Source: Octopus sinensis
Taxonomy: Eukaryota
DNA: 64,000 bases
Reading direction: 5' to 3'
NCBI RefSeq assembly: GCF_006345805.1
Contig: NC_042998.1
Coordinates: 117,552,001-117,616,000 of the forward strand
The position numbers and the translations under genes are program-made. Position 1 is the first letter of the stretch, and the number at the start of each line of letters is the position of its first letter. The notes under the pieces are model-generated. The model saw only the letters and a list, made by a program, of their open reading frames with translations. It had not been told where the DNA came from and did not search any database. Positions 39,251 through 50,984 of the stretch are shown one piece after another.

Positions 39251-41109
39251 TATCGCTGTATATATGTGAAGGGGGTGTATGTGTGAAGTGGTGTGTGTGT
39301 GTGTGTGTGTATGTGTGTGTATTTAGTTGCACGAGTCTGTGCCTTAGTGTTTGCAGCCTACCAGCGCTTGACATCCGGCATTGCTTTGTATACATCCCTG
39401 CAACCTAACGATTCATTAAAAGGTCTGCAAGGATGAACATCAAACTTTAAAATATTAATGCTTATTTTCGTCGACTCGTTCGACTGTGTGCTTTGAAGTA
39501 AAAGATAAAATACAAAAGATATATGTCATTCGTATAATTTTCTATTATTATGTCTTTCGGTACGTGAAGACGTATTTCTTTTAATTACCTATATAATGAA
39601 TATTAATTTATTATTTATATATACGGATAACTTTTTTGTCATACTTCTCTATGATTTCGCAATTATCGAAAAGTAGTTTCGATTCCATGGTTATATGATT
39701 ACTATTGCTTGCACATAGAGTAACGATGTTACAGCATACCCATTAAGGTTATGTGTATCTATAGAAATATATACAAAACTAAAGTGCAAAAATCGTCACT
39801 CATATTCCTGCCACTTAAGCATATTAATTCATCAACTACGTAAAAATCCCTAACTTTTAAAGCTACTAATTAGATAAACATGAATCAATCAATGGCGATA
39901 TTGTACTTATTATTACTTACTCGACACAAGCAAACCAGCAAGGATTTGTTCCTCTGAATTCTATCAAATCAGTTGACATAGTTCAGTTTTACCTTTTAAT
40001 GAATACACTTAATGTGACGAAGAACAAAATTTAAGCGCATCTGCTTTAATGACATGATTCGCTACTGCTGTTCATTAGTTAGAAAGCAATGAATATATGA
40101 TAACTTAACATATTTCGGTAACATTGATTTGCTGATAATTTCCATTTATCCAAAAACATCATTTTATTGGAAAAAATAACTCATTTCCATCTAAAATATG
40201 TAATGAGAGAAAGAAAAGGTAATGCTGAGAAAATTACTGTACGCACAAAATATAATTTAGATACACTGCGATGTAACATGGATTGATTAACGACCACATT
40301 TTTTCGCAACTGTAACTTATAATTTAAAATAAGAACGGGGTTTAATTGATCTCAGTTCTATTTCAATAATGATTTCTTTTGCCGAAATATAAAAGTTTTG
40401 ACAAATGCACGACATCAACACAGAAACAACTATTGCATTTAACGTATCTTTGTCGACATTACATCGTTCGAAGGAGGGACAGTTTATTAACACCGAGTAT
40501 CTATGGGCGAATGCATCAACTGAAAAAATGTCATGACTGTGAAAGACCTGTTAGGGATTCGATTATATAATCTGTTTCAGTCAATATTTTTTGTCCTTGT
40601 ATTGAAACATATTACGAGTTCTAGTCATCTTGGAAGAAATCCATGAAAACAAATCATCATATAATTATATATACGAAAACGTACACATACAAACATACAT
40701 ACACTCACACATATCATAAGGTAGGAAATGTAGAGTGAACATGTGTGATCTGTACACAAATGCTCATAGTTGATCATCACCTGATATAATTCTCTCCCAA
40801 TATTTGTTCTAATAAAATAGATTGTAATCAATGCTGCAATTTCAAAACGAAATTGAAACACCCTTTAAATATTTGCGATTCGAAATTTGGGTTTACTTTT
40901 TGTATTATATAAACGCGCGTAATTGAATTTATAAATTATTAGACATAATGCAAAGATTAATTCAGGTTTCATGAAGGCCATATTTTCAAAGTCACTTATA
41001 AAACATCTTTTTGTAAACTGAAGCTGCTGTTCACTATTTCTTTGAATTAAGAGTAAACAATGAAGTGTAAATATTGACATAAGGCCAATGTATGTACATA
41101 TATATAGGT

Positions 41110-42085
41110 ATGCATCGAGAGTATTCGACAGCTTTCACCGAGATACGCCCTCGAAAATTTTGCGTCTATGAAATCCCGAGCTTATGTAACAACTTCTTTA
41201 AGTCTCTGATCAGGACCTCACAGTTTTGCGTGAAGACAAGCAGCAAAAATACCAATACGTTCGAAATTGCTGCCAGAGTGATACAAGGTTGCATTTTATA
41301 CCCCTTTGGTTTTCTGATAGCGATTGATTTCATTACGCAAAAAGCTATCGATAACATCAGGTTTGGAATAAAGTGGAGAATGTTGCATGTCGCTTCGACA
41401 AAGATATGCTACAGATCATTTATACAGTTTGGAGGCGAAAGTAATCCTGAGAATTAGTACCGAAAACCTCAAAGCCCTGTTAATAGGAAGGGCCCAATTA
41501 ATTTGTGATTGTCGGAACAAAAGATATTGAATACGTCAATAAGTTGCATCTCGGAATCTGGATTTTCCAACCTGAACCATGTAAGACTACGATAAGTAAA
41601 GAATATCAGTATTCGAATACTTTCGTCCAGTATAGAGTTCATAGGGTATCAGCTGCAGCTATATCCATTTATTGTTATATCAGTGACCGTATGACCTGGA
41701 GGCTTTTGTCAGATCGACAAACACCTGATACAAATCCAGACGTTCAGTGCTCTAGGCATTTCTTACAGGCACAAATTGAGAAATGAGGAGGAGATGATAA
41801 AAGCAGCCCTGGGGAATTTGTAGGTTGTGGTATTTAAACGACGGATAATCTCTACTGGCCCTGTACTTCAAGTAATGCATGAGACATGATATCACTTTCA
41901 TGGAGTAACCATCGAAAGGTGGAAAAGATCAAATGAAATACCAGCGAAGACTTGACGCAATACGTTCCGAAATGATGAGATGGCGACGAGATTTGGCCGA
42001 AATAAGGCTAAAGATGAAGTAATCAATCCGGATGTCTACAGATGTCTCGTTCTTCGTCGTAATAACAGCAATGGAGGATCTAAGC
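41110..42085 (+). mobile_element. Old RTE/RTEX-like LINE 3' fragment
   Basis: FEIAARVIQGCILYPFGFLIAIDFITQKA (GVRQGCILSP motif) followed by decayed downstream motifs, ending ...GGAGGATCTAAG. Confidence 0.65.
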
Positions 42086-42227
42086 GCCAAGAGAAGCGTG
42101 TATACTCACAGCATACATTTAATTTTATAGTAATGTGTCATCAGATAAAAAAAGGAGTATTCTAATGCATATATACATGCATGTGTGTAGGTGTGCGTGC
42201 GTATGCATGTTTGAGTGCATCTTAATA

Positions 42228-42286
<59 letters not shown>

Positions 42287-42518
42287 CATGTGTGTATACA
42301 AATGTGTGCGTGTTTATACTCATATATGTATATATATGTGCGGGTGTATGCTCATATATGCATATATACTTGCATATATGTTTCTTTCGTTGTTCGCAAA
42401 AAAACAAGTTCATATTCCAGGTTTTCATATTTTATATTGTTTACGTTCTGTGACGTTCTGTGCCCATATATGCATGTGTATATATGCACATATGCGTATG
42501 CATATATGTATATATATA

Positions 42519-42732
42519 TGTGACCTCGTGAGTACCGCTGCCGATTTCTTTTCCTGTGTCTTCCCTTCTCGGGATCTTTCCTTCTCCTATGTTTCCGACG
42601 AAGAGCTCCGCTCGAAACGTTAAACCCTCCTTCTTCCCTTCTTTCCTGAGCGTCCAATAATACTTCATTTGTTCCACGTCCTTGCGTTGTTGTGTTTCTT
42701 TTGTTTTGCGTTTTCTTGTTTGGATTAACTTT
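42519..42732 (+). mobile_element. Family B PLE-like terminal repeat
   Basis: Inverted copy of 22679-22887; it ends at (TA)n. Confidence 0.8.
42591..42625 (+). ncRNA. Minimal type I hammerhead-like motif, U4C variant (family B)
   Basis: GTTT-CCGACGA-A-GAGC-TCC-GCTC-GAAAC-GT-T-AAAC: 4-bp helix I, 4-bp helix II, ACGT palindrome, GUU triplet. Confidence 0.6.
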
Positions 42733-45365
42733 ATATATATATATATATATATATATTGTTTCTATATGTAAAATATATATTGTTTGTTATATGTGTTCCG
42801 GTGGATTCTGTTCCATTATTTCTTATGTTGATTAAAGCAAAGTTGAGGATATGCTGGAGTACAATCGTCTGTATTGAAGCTTCCAACTGATTTTCCTTTG
42901 GATGTCTTAGGACACATTGAAGATTATGTAACGTAAGACATAAAGAGAAAGGTGTAGTTTGGTTTGTCAGTGCACAATTCAATTATATTGGATATGCGTT
43001 TTGCACCTATATGCTTCACACTGTAGTCAAATTTATCATTTCACCATTGAGACCCTACAAATAAATGCCAGAGAATTATTGCAAGCCCAATCTCAAGTGG
43101 CGTGGTTTACTATAAACTACTGTGTCCTTCAGATATTATAAAGTACTTTTGAAAATAACTTGCAGCAGCGAGTGTTACATGAATTTCCGTATCATTTTGA
43201 AAGCATTTGAAATCAATAGCGACACTTTGTATCCTTTCGGCATTCATTACATAAACACTTCCATATTCTCTTTTCTTTTTCTCTGTTTATAAATATTTGT
43301 AAACTGTTCCTCAGAGATAGTTTAAGACTTCTATTTTTCCCATCATTCGATACAATGGTAAATTTGCCATAAAATATGTGTCTTTCTGCACTCCTATTGT
43401 TTTCAGCATGATCCAAAAACTGTATGATGTATTGGTTGCTGCTGGCCTTTCATTTCTTATTGTATAATCGGTAATCATTTTCTTTTAGAAAATTTTTCAC
43501 TCTGAAAAAACACTGCATATATGTTTGTCTCGATTATGTTAATTGAAATTAGATTATATTAACATAACGTAATATAACCGACAAATGTGCTACAAATGGT
43601 TTGTAATCATTTTGGAAGTTTCTCCAAAACTTGGATTAGGTACATGGCATATATAAGAAACTAAATATATGTAATTTATGTTGATGCGACATGCATTTCT
43701 TTTTCTCTAACCGTTTCCAAATTAACATGCAATGCACTAATGTTTCAGTCTTGACAATCAATTGTTATTTTGTACTAGTTTCGTGCAAACTGATGTCTCT
43801 TTCAATTTTTTTAAAGTTGGTGATAAATTGACACATTTTTCTTTTATCCTCTTGATTGTTTTAGATATTAATACATTGAAATGTTGCTTAGATTCTCAGT
43901 CTGAAAATGCGCATGCTCAGATATTATACTGACCTTGAATTTTATGCTGTATTTCACATGTCAAAGGTAATAACGTAAAATATGTTATTTATAATTACAT
44001 AGTGCTGAAGGTATCAATTCGTAAGTAACGAAGAGTTCACCAACAATCGGTCTGAGAATGCGCGGTGTAATATTCTTTATTATTTATCCATTTGTTCTGA
44101 TCCTTTTCCTTCTGTTATATATAGTCTTTGGAGATGAGGTTTAGTTCCAGTTTGTTTCTGAATAAACACCTGGATTTTCAAAATATTTGCAATCTTTATC
44201 ACACTTATAAGGGTATCACGCATAATGAAACCTGCAATACTTTATCTCCATTATAGGATGCAGTACTATATTACTATATATTTTGCAAATGAGCAGGATG
44301 TGCTTCACGGGTGATGTGATTACTTTTATTGGCTCAGTCTACCAACTAGGTGTTACATTGACGTTTCTCTGCAGATATAGTTCCTTTTGGTACAGGATAA
44401 TTTGCATTGATTTCTTGTTCCGATTTCATATGAATGCTTGGTTTGATGTTTCTTCGTACTTGCAGAACAAAATGATCTTTCTAATATTCAATCAGAGTGT
44501 TCTGAAGAATAGTTTATTTAGTTCTCCATTAAAAATAGAATTGTTTTTATTTGTATATACGTTTTCCTCTGTTCTTTTAAATGTCGTTCACTAAATATGT
44601 TTCGTCCTCTTCACTATATTCAGCATACATTCCTAATATTTCAGTATATTCTACAAAGAAAAATGTTTTATTTGTCTAAAACATACCACGAAGAGGGTCT
44701 ATAACATATTTGTAATATATATATATATATATACACATAGAGTATTGTTCATTCATGTTAAGATAAACAAAAATATAAAATAAAATTAAGCTACTAGGTT
44801 GGCTAGCTATGAAAGACTTTTGATGTCGAACGCAACAACATCGTGGACAATATCGCAAACTGCACACCACATGTTAACGGATCAAAAGACTGTAAACTAC
44901 GTGTAGCTGAAAGAATCAGATCATTTTCAAACCTTAGAAATCTAACATTCTAGACCCAAAATTCTCAACTGTTGTAAGCATATGGTTAAGTTCCTGTTCA
45001 CGAATAGTAAAGTACTACCCTCTCTAATTTGAACAGCTGTACCGCAGATTCTGAGCCACATTTTTTCCAGCATTACATTATATGGTGAGATGTGAAGAAT
45101 TCTAATTCTACCCTTTTACATTTTACTTATTCGTTTTTCGGCTTTCAAAATTGCATCTTTTATATTTATTTTTTCTCGACTTTCTTTGCATTTCGTTTCA
45201 TCCTAAAGTCTCATCTTTCGCTTGTAATGCCATGTAGGCAGTGCCTGAAGAGTGCGTTAAGACACCAGATGGGCAACAAATACTGTCTCATATGCATTCA
45301 TTGCAGTAAGGAAAACAATTGTTCAAACTGCATATATACATATATGTGTGTGTGTGTGTGTGTGT

Positions 45366-47255
45366 GTTGGTTGTCTACTCCTTATACGGATTTTGATCAC
45401 CTCCGGTACCTATAACTTAGCATCATCATGGCGTCTGGTTTGGCTTTTTAAACCAGACAATGTTCTGAAAAGACAGCCACATGGAATGCATCTCTGATTT
45501 GAACCACCAATACCTGCAGATAAGTTCTGCTCCTTGTGGATCTTAACATGTTTTTTGAGGCCTCCGTTGGATTTGCAACCTTCTGGCATGCACTGCATTC
45601 AAAATTGGGCGCAGACAAATAGTCCGATGGTGGAGGTTCGTTTTCTATGCAGATGAGATTTGAGGCCAGCCAAAGAGAGGCACGGTCTGTCACAGACTGT
45701 GCATACAAAAAATGTTATTGTCATTCACCTCTTCGATCGTTATATTCTACCTTAGATCTCATTTGAGTCTTACTTGCGCTATCCTAGCCTCTTCAAATGC
45801 TTTTGCTCCACTCCACAGCTTTGTCCGCCATCTAACGCGATCAGAAGCAAGGGTGTCGAGATCTTCTGGAACCATTCCAAGTGACTTCATAGTAGTCCTT
45901 ATGCCGTCCTTAAACCTTTTTTTAGCTTTACGCCGATAGCGTTTCCCCTCTGCAAGCTCACCATACAACAGCTGCTTCGGCATGCATGCATTTATCTACC
46001 ATTCGAATAATATGGCCACACCTTTCAACTGGTTCCTCAAAATCATAGCTTCGGTTGAGGTGATGCCTGAAGAAGCAAGGACATCTGTGTTTGAAGTAAA
46101 AGAACTCCATTTAATGATTAAAATGCGATGAGGGTATTTTTGGTGGAATTGTTCGAACAATTTAAAATACCTTTCATAACAAGTCCAATGTTGACAGGAG
46201 TACAACAGGGATGGTAAGATGGTAAGATTTGTAAACAGCTAGCTTGGTATTCTTCTTTATCTGTCGTTGGCACCAAGCACGTGAATGCAAGCCACCAAAT
46301 GATTTTGCTGCCCTTTGAATTTGCAGCTGTATTTCTGTATCAAGATTTCCATCATTTTTAACAGAGTTTCCATGGTAGACGAACGAATCGACAACTTCAA
46401 GTAACTTTCCCTTAACAAAAATTTAGGAAGGTTACTAACAGAACGACTCGCATTACACCTGTTTTGTTTTGTTTTTTCAAGTTGATGGTCTAGCCAAATT
46501 CATCACAAGCTGAGTCAAATACAGATACAAGAGATTGCAGACCTGTTTCAGAATGACTGACGTGATCGCAATCGTCAGCATACGAAAGTTCCCCAATGAC
46601 TGAAGTAAAAACCATTGTTTTGAATTTCAGTCTGGTCAGATTACAAACATACACTATTTTTCGATATCTTATGCAAATACCCTCCTCCGAGGTTTGAAAA
46701 CCATGTGACAACACATCAGTAATGTATGTTGCAAAGAGGGTGGGTGAATCAACGTCTCCTTGCTTTACTCCATTTTCCACAGAAAAGGATTTAGAGAGCC
46801 AACCACCAAAATTAACTCTAACTTTCATATTTTGATGCAAAGCTCTGACCATGGTTACAAATTTTCATAAGCACCCTCTCCTCCATAGAATTAGCCACAG
46901 AGCTTTTCAATTAACAGTATCGAATGCTTTTTTATCAAATTAACAAAGCAATGGTATAGAGCAAGACTCTGCTAAATGCACTTTCCTTGTAATTGTCTGA
47001 CAGTAAAGATGCAATTAGCTGTGTCCCTGCAGAAACGAAAACCAAACTGAAAATCAGACACTATATTTGGAACTATAAAGGTGTTTAAATGTACCAACAA
47101 AATGTGTTCAAATATCTTTCCAACAACAGACAAAAGCGAAATGCCCCGAAAATTACCACAAAGATCCTTTGGCCCAGATTTATACAAAGAGTCTAAAATG
47201 GCATCAATTCATTCTTGAGGAACTATCTCAGTTCTCCAACTGCGACAAATTAATA
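45366..47255 (-). mobile_element. Decayed RTE LINE, 5'-truncated, with three C-terminal C2H2 fingers
   Basis: GNFRGISLLS, GVKQGDVDSPT, YADDCD, MPKQLLYGELAEGKR; fingers CTVCDRPCLSLAGLKSH, CSACQK-KSNGGLKKHVKIH, CIPCGCLFRTLSGLKSQ. Confidence 0.9.
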
Positions 47256-47434
47256 TACATAAGAGTTCAAAGATTTTGTCACCCCAATATTTCAAGACTA
47301 CTTCTCAGATTCCATCGGACACTGGAGACTTATTGTCATTCAGCTTATTCAGAGCTACGCAAATGTCAGTTAGAGTTTGTTCTCATATGCATTCATTGCA
47401 GAAAGGAAAACAATTGTTCGAACCGAACTACATG

Positions 47435-47465
<31 letters not shown>

Positions 47466-47563
47466 TGAAATATGTACTTACATATAAGAGAACAAAGTGT
47501 ACGTACGCTGCTATATAGAAGCATGCGTACACTTTGTTCTCTTATATGTAAGTACACATTTCA
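47466..47563. repeat. About 98-nt near-perfect hairpin
   Basis: 47473-47503 is the exact reverse complement of 47526-47556; the interior is also largely self-complementary around CTATATAG. Confidence 0.9.
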
Positions 47564-47952
47564 CTAAATTTTGTACGACGTTTTCAACCTTTTTACGCCT
47601 TGTTCTTTCTTCCCCCCTCTCTCTCTCACACACGCACACACACATTTCTTTGTCTTTCTTACTCACTTTTCACTTCACTATGTCCTTGTCTCTATTTTTT
47701 CTCGCCACACCTTGATTCTTCTGTCTATCTGCTTCTACAAATCTCGCTCGTTCTCTCTCTCTCTTTCTTCTCCCCCCTTAATTCTTTTCTCGTTCTTCTC
47801 TTCCCACGTGACCGATAGGCAGACTGCTAGCCCTTTTGTGTCTTACCGTGGTCACTGAAACATCGATACTCTTCCATCTGCCGTAAGGCTTCATTTCCCC
47901 ACACGCCAGCTGAATTGGTCCCCAGTCGAAAGACGCCTGTTGATATGTCCTG

Positions 47953-48025
47953 TTATTGTTATTATTATTATTATTATTATTATTGTTGTTGTTGTTGTTG
48001 TTGTTGTTCTTGTTGTTGTTGTTGT
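47953..48025. repeat. (ATT)n-(GTT)n compound microsatellite
   Basis: Direct reading of the sequence. Confidence 0.95.
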
Positions 48026-48351
48026 ATTTTTGTATTTATATTCGTGTAACATCATATATTTTTCCATCCTTGTTTTAGTATAGATTCGGTGCTTTTTTCC
48101 AAGGAATCTAAAGCTCTTAGCATAGTTCTTCCCTTGGAGCTGGCCAGATTGGAGCAATCTCAAGATTAATCAGCCGAAATTGCGAGGATGATCCGGTCCT
48201 TGACTGAGGATAAAAAGCTTCGAATTACTCATGCTTGTTTTTTTTTGTATCGTCTATCTGTATGTTTTGTTTTCCCGTTTGTGTGACCTAGTTGTCCGGA
48301 TGTTTTGCGTTCTTGTCCCATTTTGTATTTTATTATATATATATATACATA

Positions 48352-48420
48352 TGTTGGTTGTGTACTCCTTATACAGAGTTTCACCACCTCTTGTACCTAC
48401 ACCTTACCACTATCATCCCC
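48352..48420 (-). mobile_element. Short 3'-terminal fragment of the 45.4-kb RTE family
   Basis: GTTGGTTGTGTACTCCTTATACAGAGTTTCACCACCTC matches 45366-45405 (GTTGGTTGTCTACTCCTTATACGGATTTTGATCACCTC). Confidence 0.6.
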
Positions 48421-49509
48421 TTCATAAGTTGTCCCCTGCTTTATCTACTCTACGTTTCGAAGGTAGGGACAAAACACGACTTCGTTAAAACAATCCTTCC
48501 CGCAAAGCAAATTAAATAAAATTTGGGATTTTTGCCGAGGGTTAAAGTGGTAACAAAAAGAGGACAATAAGAACAATACGATAAAAACAAACGATGAGGG
48601 CTGTTAGGCCAAGAAGTGAAGGAGTGGTGAACGCTTGAAAAACTAGCTTTGAGAAGAGACAGGTAAAAGCCCGTTGTCTTTAGGAAGGAAGTGGAACAAA
48701 GAAAGATGGATAGCCGTTGGTCACGTATGAGCAATGAGAGAGGCAAGGAGGACGAGCGAGAGAGAGAGAGAGAGGGGGGGAATTGTCAAGGAGAGAGGAG
48801 AAAAAGATGGCAAGGGTGGGATATAGAATAGTGATAGAATAGAGTGCCCCTCGTAATTGTTAGGATAAAACTTACTTGGAAATGGATGCGCGGCGTTCGA
48901 TCATATAATAATATAAATAATATATAAATATATACTTATATACATATATGTACAAATCTACATATATATGTATATATACATGCATACATTGGTACAAAAC
49001 ATCAAAAAACGTGAACGACATGAGAAACGCGAATATAAAAACAGAAGCATAGAGAACGAACATTTTTCGAACAACTAAAGAAACAAATAGTGAAACGAAA
49101 CAGGCAACATAAAGAAAAATCCCTTCATCAGTTGTTCCCTCTTTTATCTACTCCATATAAACAAACTTGAGGAGCGTCGAATATGTATGTTACAAAGATG
49201 AAAGTAAATGTCGAACGTAGTACAGCTGTGAGAACAGCAGAGTTAGAGTGTGTCCTTATCCTCTTATAAGAAAGGAAGAAAGAAAACTTGCCAACAGGTA
49301 GCTACGGAATAGAGACTTGTAACCCTGAAACACCGACCGAGTGCTTTACCATTATGCTAAACAGTTTCTTTTTACGTCTTATAAGGACAAATACCCAATT
49401 TAGCTCTACAGCGATACGGCTTTCGAAATTTAACTTCTTCCCTGTACTATATATAGATACATATATGTGTGTATGTGCTTGTTTAGGTGTGTGTGTATAC
49501 ATTTGTGTA

Positions 49510-49572
<63 letters not shown>

Positions 49573-50708
49573 ATTTTATTTGTGTATTGTATAGGCAGTA
49601 GTTTGAAGTGCTCAAATAAAGCCTGAGGCGCAATATATAAAGAAATGTTAAAGAGAATTAAAATACGTTCACCAATTCATATAACGCTATATGTAAAGAC
49701 ATTTAGATTTACAATCCTATTAAAAGGCATTGTTAAACGGTGTTGTAAAAAATATTTAAAAATAAATATGCCTTTACGAGAAGGTGAATAAAAAAAAATC
49801 TTACGAAAAGAGCGAATAAAATCATACCGTTTAGATTAAATGTTTCAGAGAATATATGTAACTAATCCAAGAAATTCTGTTTCGATATACTGTTGGTAGT
49901 AATCCTCTTACGGTCGTTTCAGAAGCCCAGTAAACCATAGATCTGAAGGGTAGTTTCACTCCAAATATTGGATACTTCTTCCTTCATCAGAGAGCGTATA
50001 TTATTCAGGATTCAAAATTCGTAAAGTATTGTAATGGGTAGATGAGATTTAGTTATATAGAGAATGCACATGTTAACAAGAAGGGGAAATGTTATAGCTG
50101 GAATTTTAGGAAATACAATATAGAAAATGTTTTAAATGTTAAGCTGGTAATAATTGATCAACTTGAAGTTACAGGATGGCAGTAGTATAAAGATTAGGTG
50201 AAATATAGATAATCAAAATGTAAGGGTTAATTTATCGAGTTTTATCAAAACATTTAAATATTGAACGGTATCTATGTTTACAGGAATATATAGCATCCGA
50301 GAACTTATTTAATGATGTAGAGTCATATCGATGAAGAATATTCATGGATACTCTAATAACCAATTTATATACACTCATAATTGTATTTTATAGAGGAGGC
50401 TTATGCTACGAATTTCAAAATATTTTAAAAATTATATTTTAAATATAGTGTTTGAAATAGATTATAAATAGCTAATTTTTTAGACATCACACTTAACGAT
50501 AACAATGCACTTTACTGTACATATAGAAAACTAAACCAAACTCTTAATACCTAAATGCTTACTCCTATCATCCTAGAATAACGCTTAATTGTATAGTAAC
50601 AGTTATCTCGATTAAAATTAGGAGATATTCAATACTCATGGCCTGCATTATGATCTAAACTTTTATAACTTAATTTCATTCGTCTATTTATACATGTATA
50701 TTAAATTA

Positions 50709-50775
<67 letters not shown>

Positions 50776-50925
50776 TGTGTGTGTGTGTGTGTGTGTATTC
50801 AAACATATTTAATCTTTAAATATTGTATTGATTTATACATATGCTTATTTAAAAAGTGATATACAGCGATCCATAGCGAAGGATATGTTTGTATAAATTG
50901 GTGAACGTATCTGAATTCTCCTTAG

Positions 50926-50980
<55 letters not shown>

Positions 50981-50984
<4 letters not shown>

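Noticed and set aside
48140-48230. Hammerhead-like pieces (GCAATC...GAAATTGC; CTGAGGA)
   Set aside because: The pieces cannot be assembled into one fold with both core and helix II.
48420-49150. Possible type II hammerhead in a repeat (GAAACGTA...CTGATGAAGG on minus)
   Set aside because: No helix I pairing, and the two halves are intact only in different copies.
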